Assembly: GCA_001730085.1 (NCBI GenBank)
Contig: MDLB01000106.1
Coordinates: forward strand, 12,137 to 76,136
Length of the DNA: 64,000 nt
Direction of reading: 5' to 3'
From: PVC group bacterium (ex Bugula neritina AB1)
GTDB lineage: Bacteria > GCA-001730085
Shown here: positions 63,882-64,000 of the stretch, piece after piece
Layout of the letters: every line of letters begins with the position of its first letter
Position numbering within the stretch: position 1 is the first letter of the stretch
The notes under the pieces: model-generated
The model's input: the letters and a program-made list of their open reading frames with translations, nothing else
What the model was told of the DNA's origin: nothing
The model's database searches: none
Made by a program: the position numbers and the translations under genes

Positions 63882-64000
63882 AGTATCGTTTAAGCCTTTT
63901 ATTAACTAGGTGGCTGGGAGGTTTCTGAATTCCTTTCAGAAGCTTTCTTTTTGCTCTATTTTTAAAAATAAGACTAGTTTACTACTCCCTAAAGGGTCGG

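Noticed and set aside
1-64000. Screen for CRISPR arrays, rRNA genes, alternative genetic code, prophage/integrase, restriction-modification or other defence cassettes, reverse transcriptases and DGR template/variable repeats.
   Set aside because: I noticed no regularly spaced direct repeats and no rRNA-like conserved blocks. Recognisable genes terminate at TGA (clpX, def, fmt), TAA and TAG with full-length products, so no recoding is needed. No integrase, RT, nuclease-helicase or methyltransferase signatures appear other than rsmB. A by-eye repeat search is insensitive, so a self-dot-plot/MinCED run would be the formal check.

Overview
Visibly AT-rich bacterial chromosomal segment, standard genetic code (TGA, TAA and TAG all terminate recognisable genes), very gene-dense, many 1-, 4- and 8-nt start/stop overlaps. 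I cannot assign a taxon from sequence alone. Mla-type and pseudopilin genes suggest a diderm. Layout: (i) 1-800, a decayed mobile-element junction (solo IS3-type OrfA HTH fragment plus a stop-broken coding remnant). (ii) 739-8383 on the minus strand, uvrA followed 18 nt later by a tightly overlapping gspG-H-I-J-K-L-M-like pseudopilin/platform operon. (iii) An 896-bp ORF-free divergent spacer at 8384-9279. (iv) From 9280 to the end, almost everything is on the plus strand and is core housekeeping: aspartokinase, cimA, valS, def-fmt-rsmB, acnA, DAHP synthase, mlaF/mlaD-like pair, radA-ispF-gltX, PilZ, TPR, a 1233-aa GlnE-like protein, an unlisted micro-ORF, HDOD, comEC, rng, rplU-rpmA-obg-proB-proA-nadD-rsfS-argS, a short pyruvate kinase, a CPA1 antiporter, a 959-aa orphan membrane/coiled-coil protein, tRNA-Lys/Leu/Gly, tig-clpP-clpX-lon, yicC, gmk-rpoZ-coaC-coaB, a ComFB-like protein, ybeY, a CorC-like protein, DUF502, a HicB-like ORF and tRNA-Asn with a clean terminator. 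I found no CRISPR array, rRNA, prophage, intact IS or recognisable defence system. The most unusual items are: the orphan 959-aa protein with four hydrophobic hairpins beside the tRNA cluster; the GlnE-like double nucleotidyltransferase with a ~430-aa ACT-like N-terminal extension, followed by a translationally coupled 54-aa ORF and an HDOD protein; the 896-bp spacer with two GC-richer stem-forming islands; natural domain-loss variants of UvrA and pyruvate kinase; and the uvrA-linked pseudopilin operon that ends in an IS scar. All family assignments are by-eye motif recognition from memory. None has been checked against a database.
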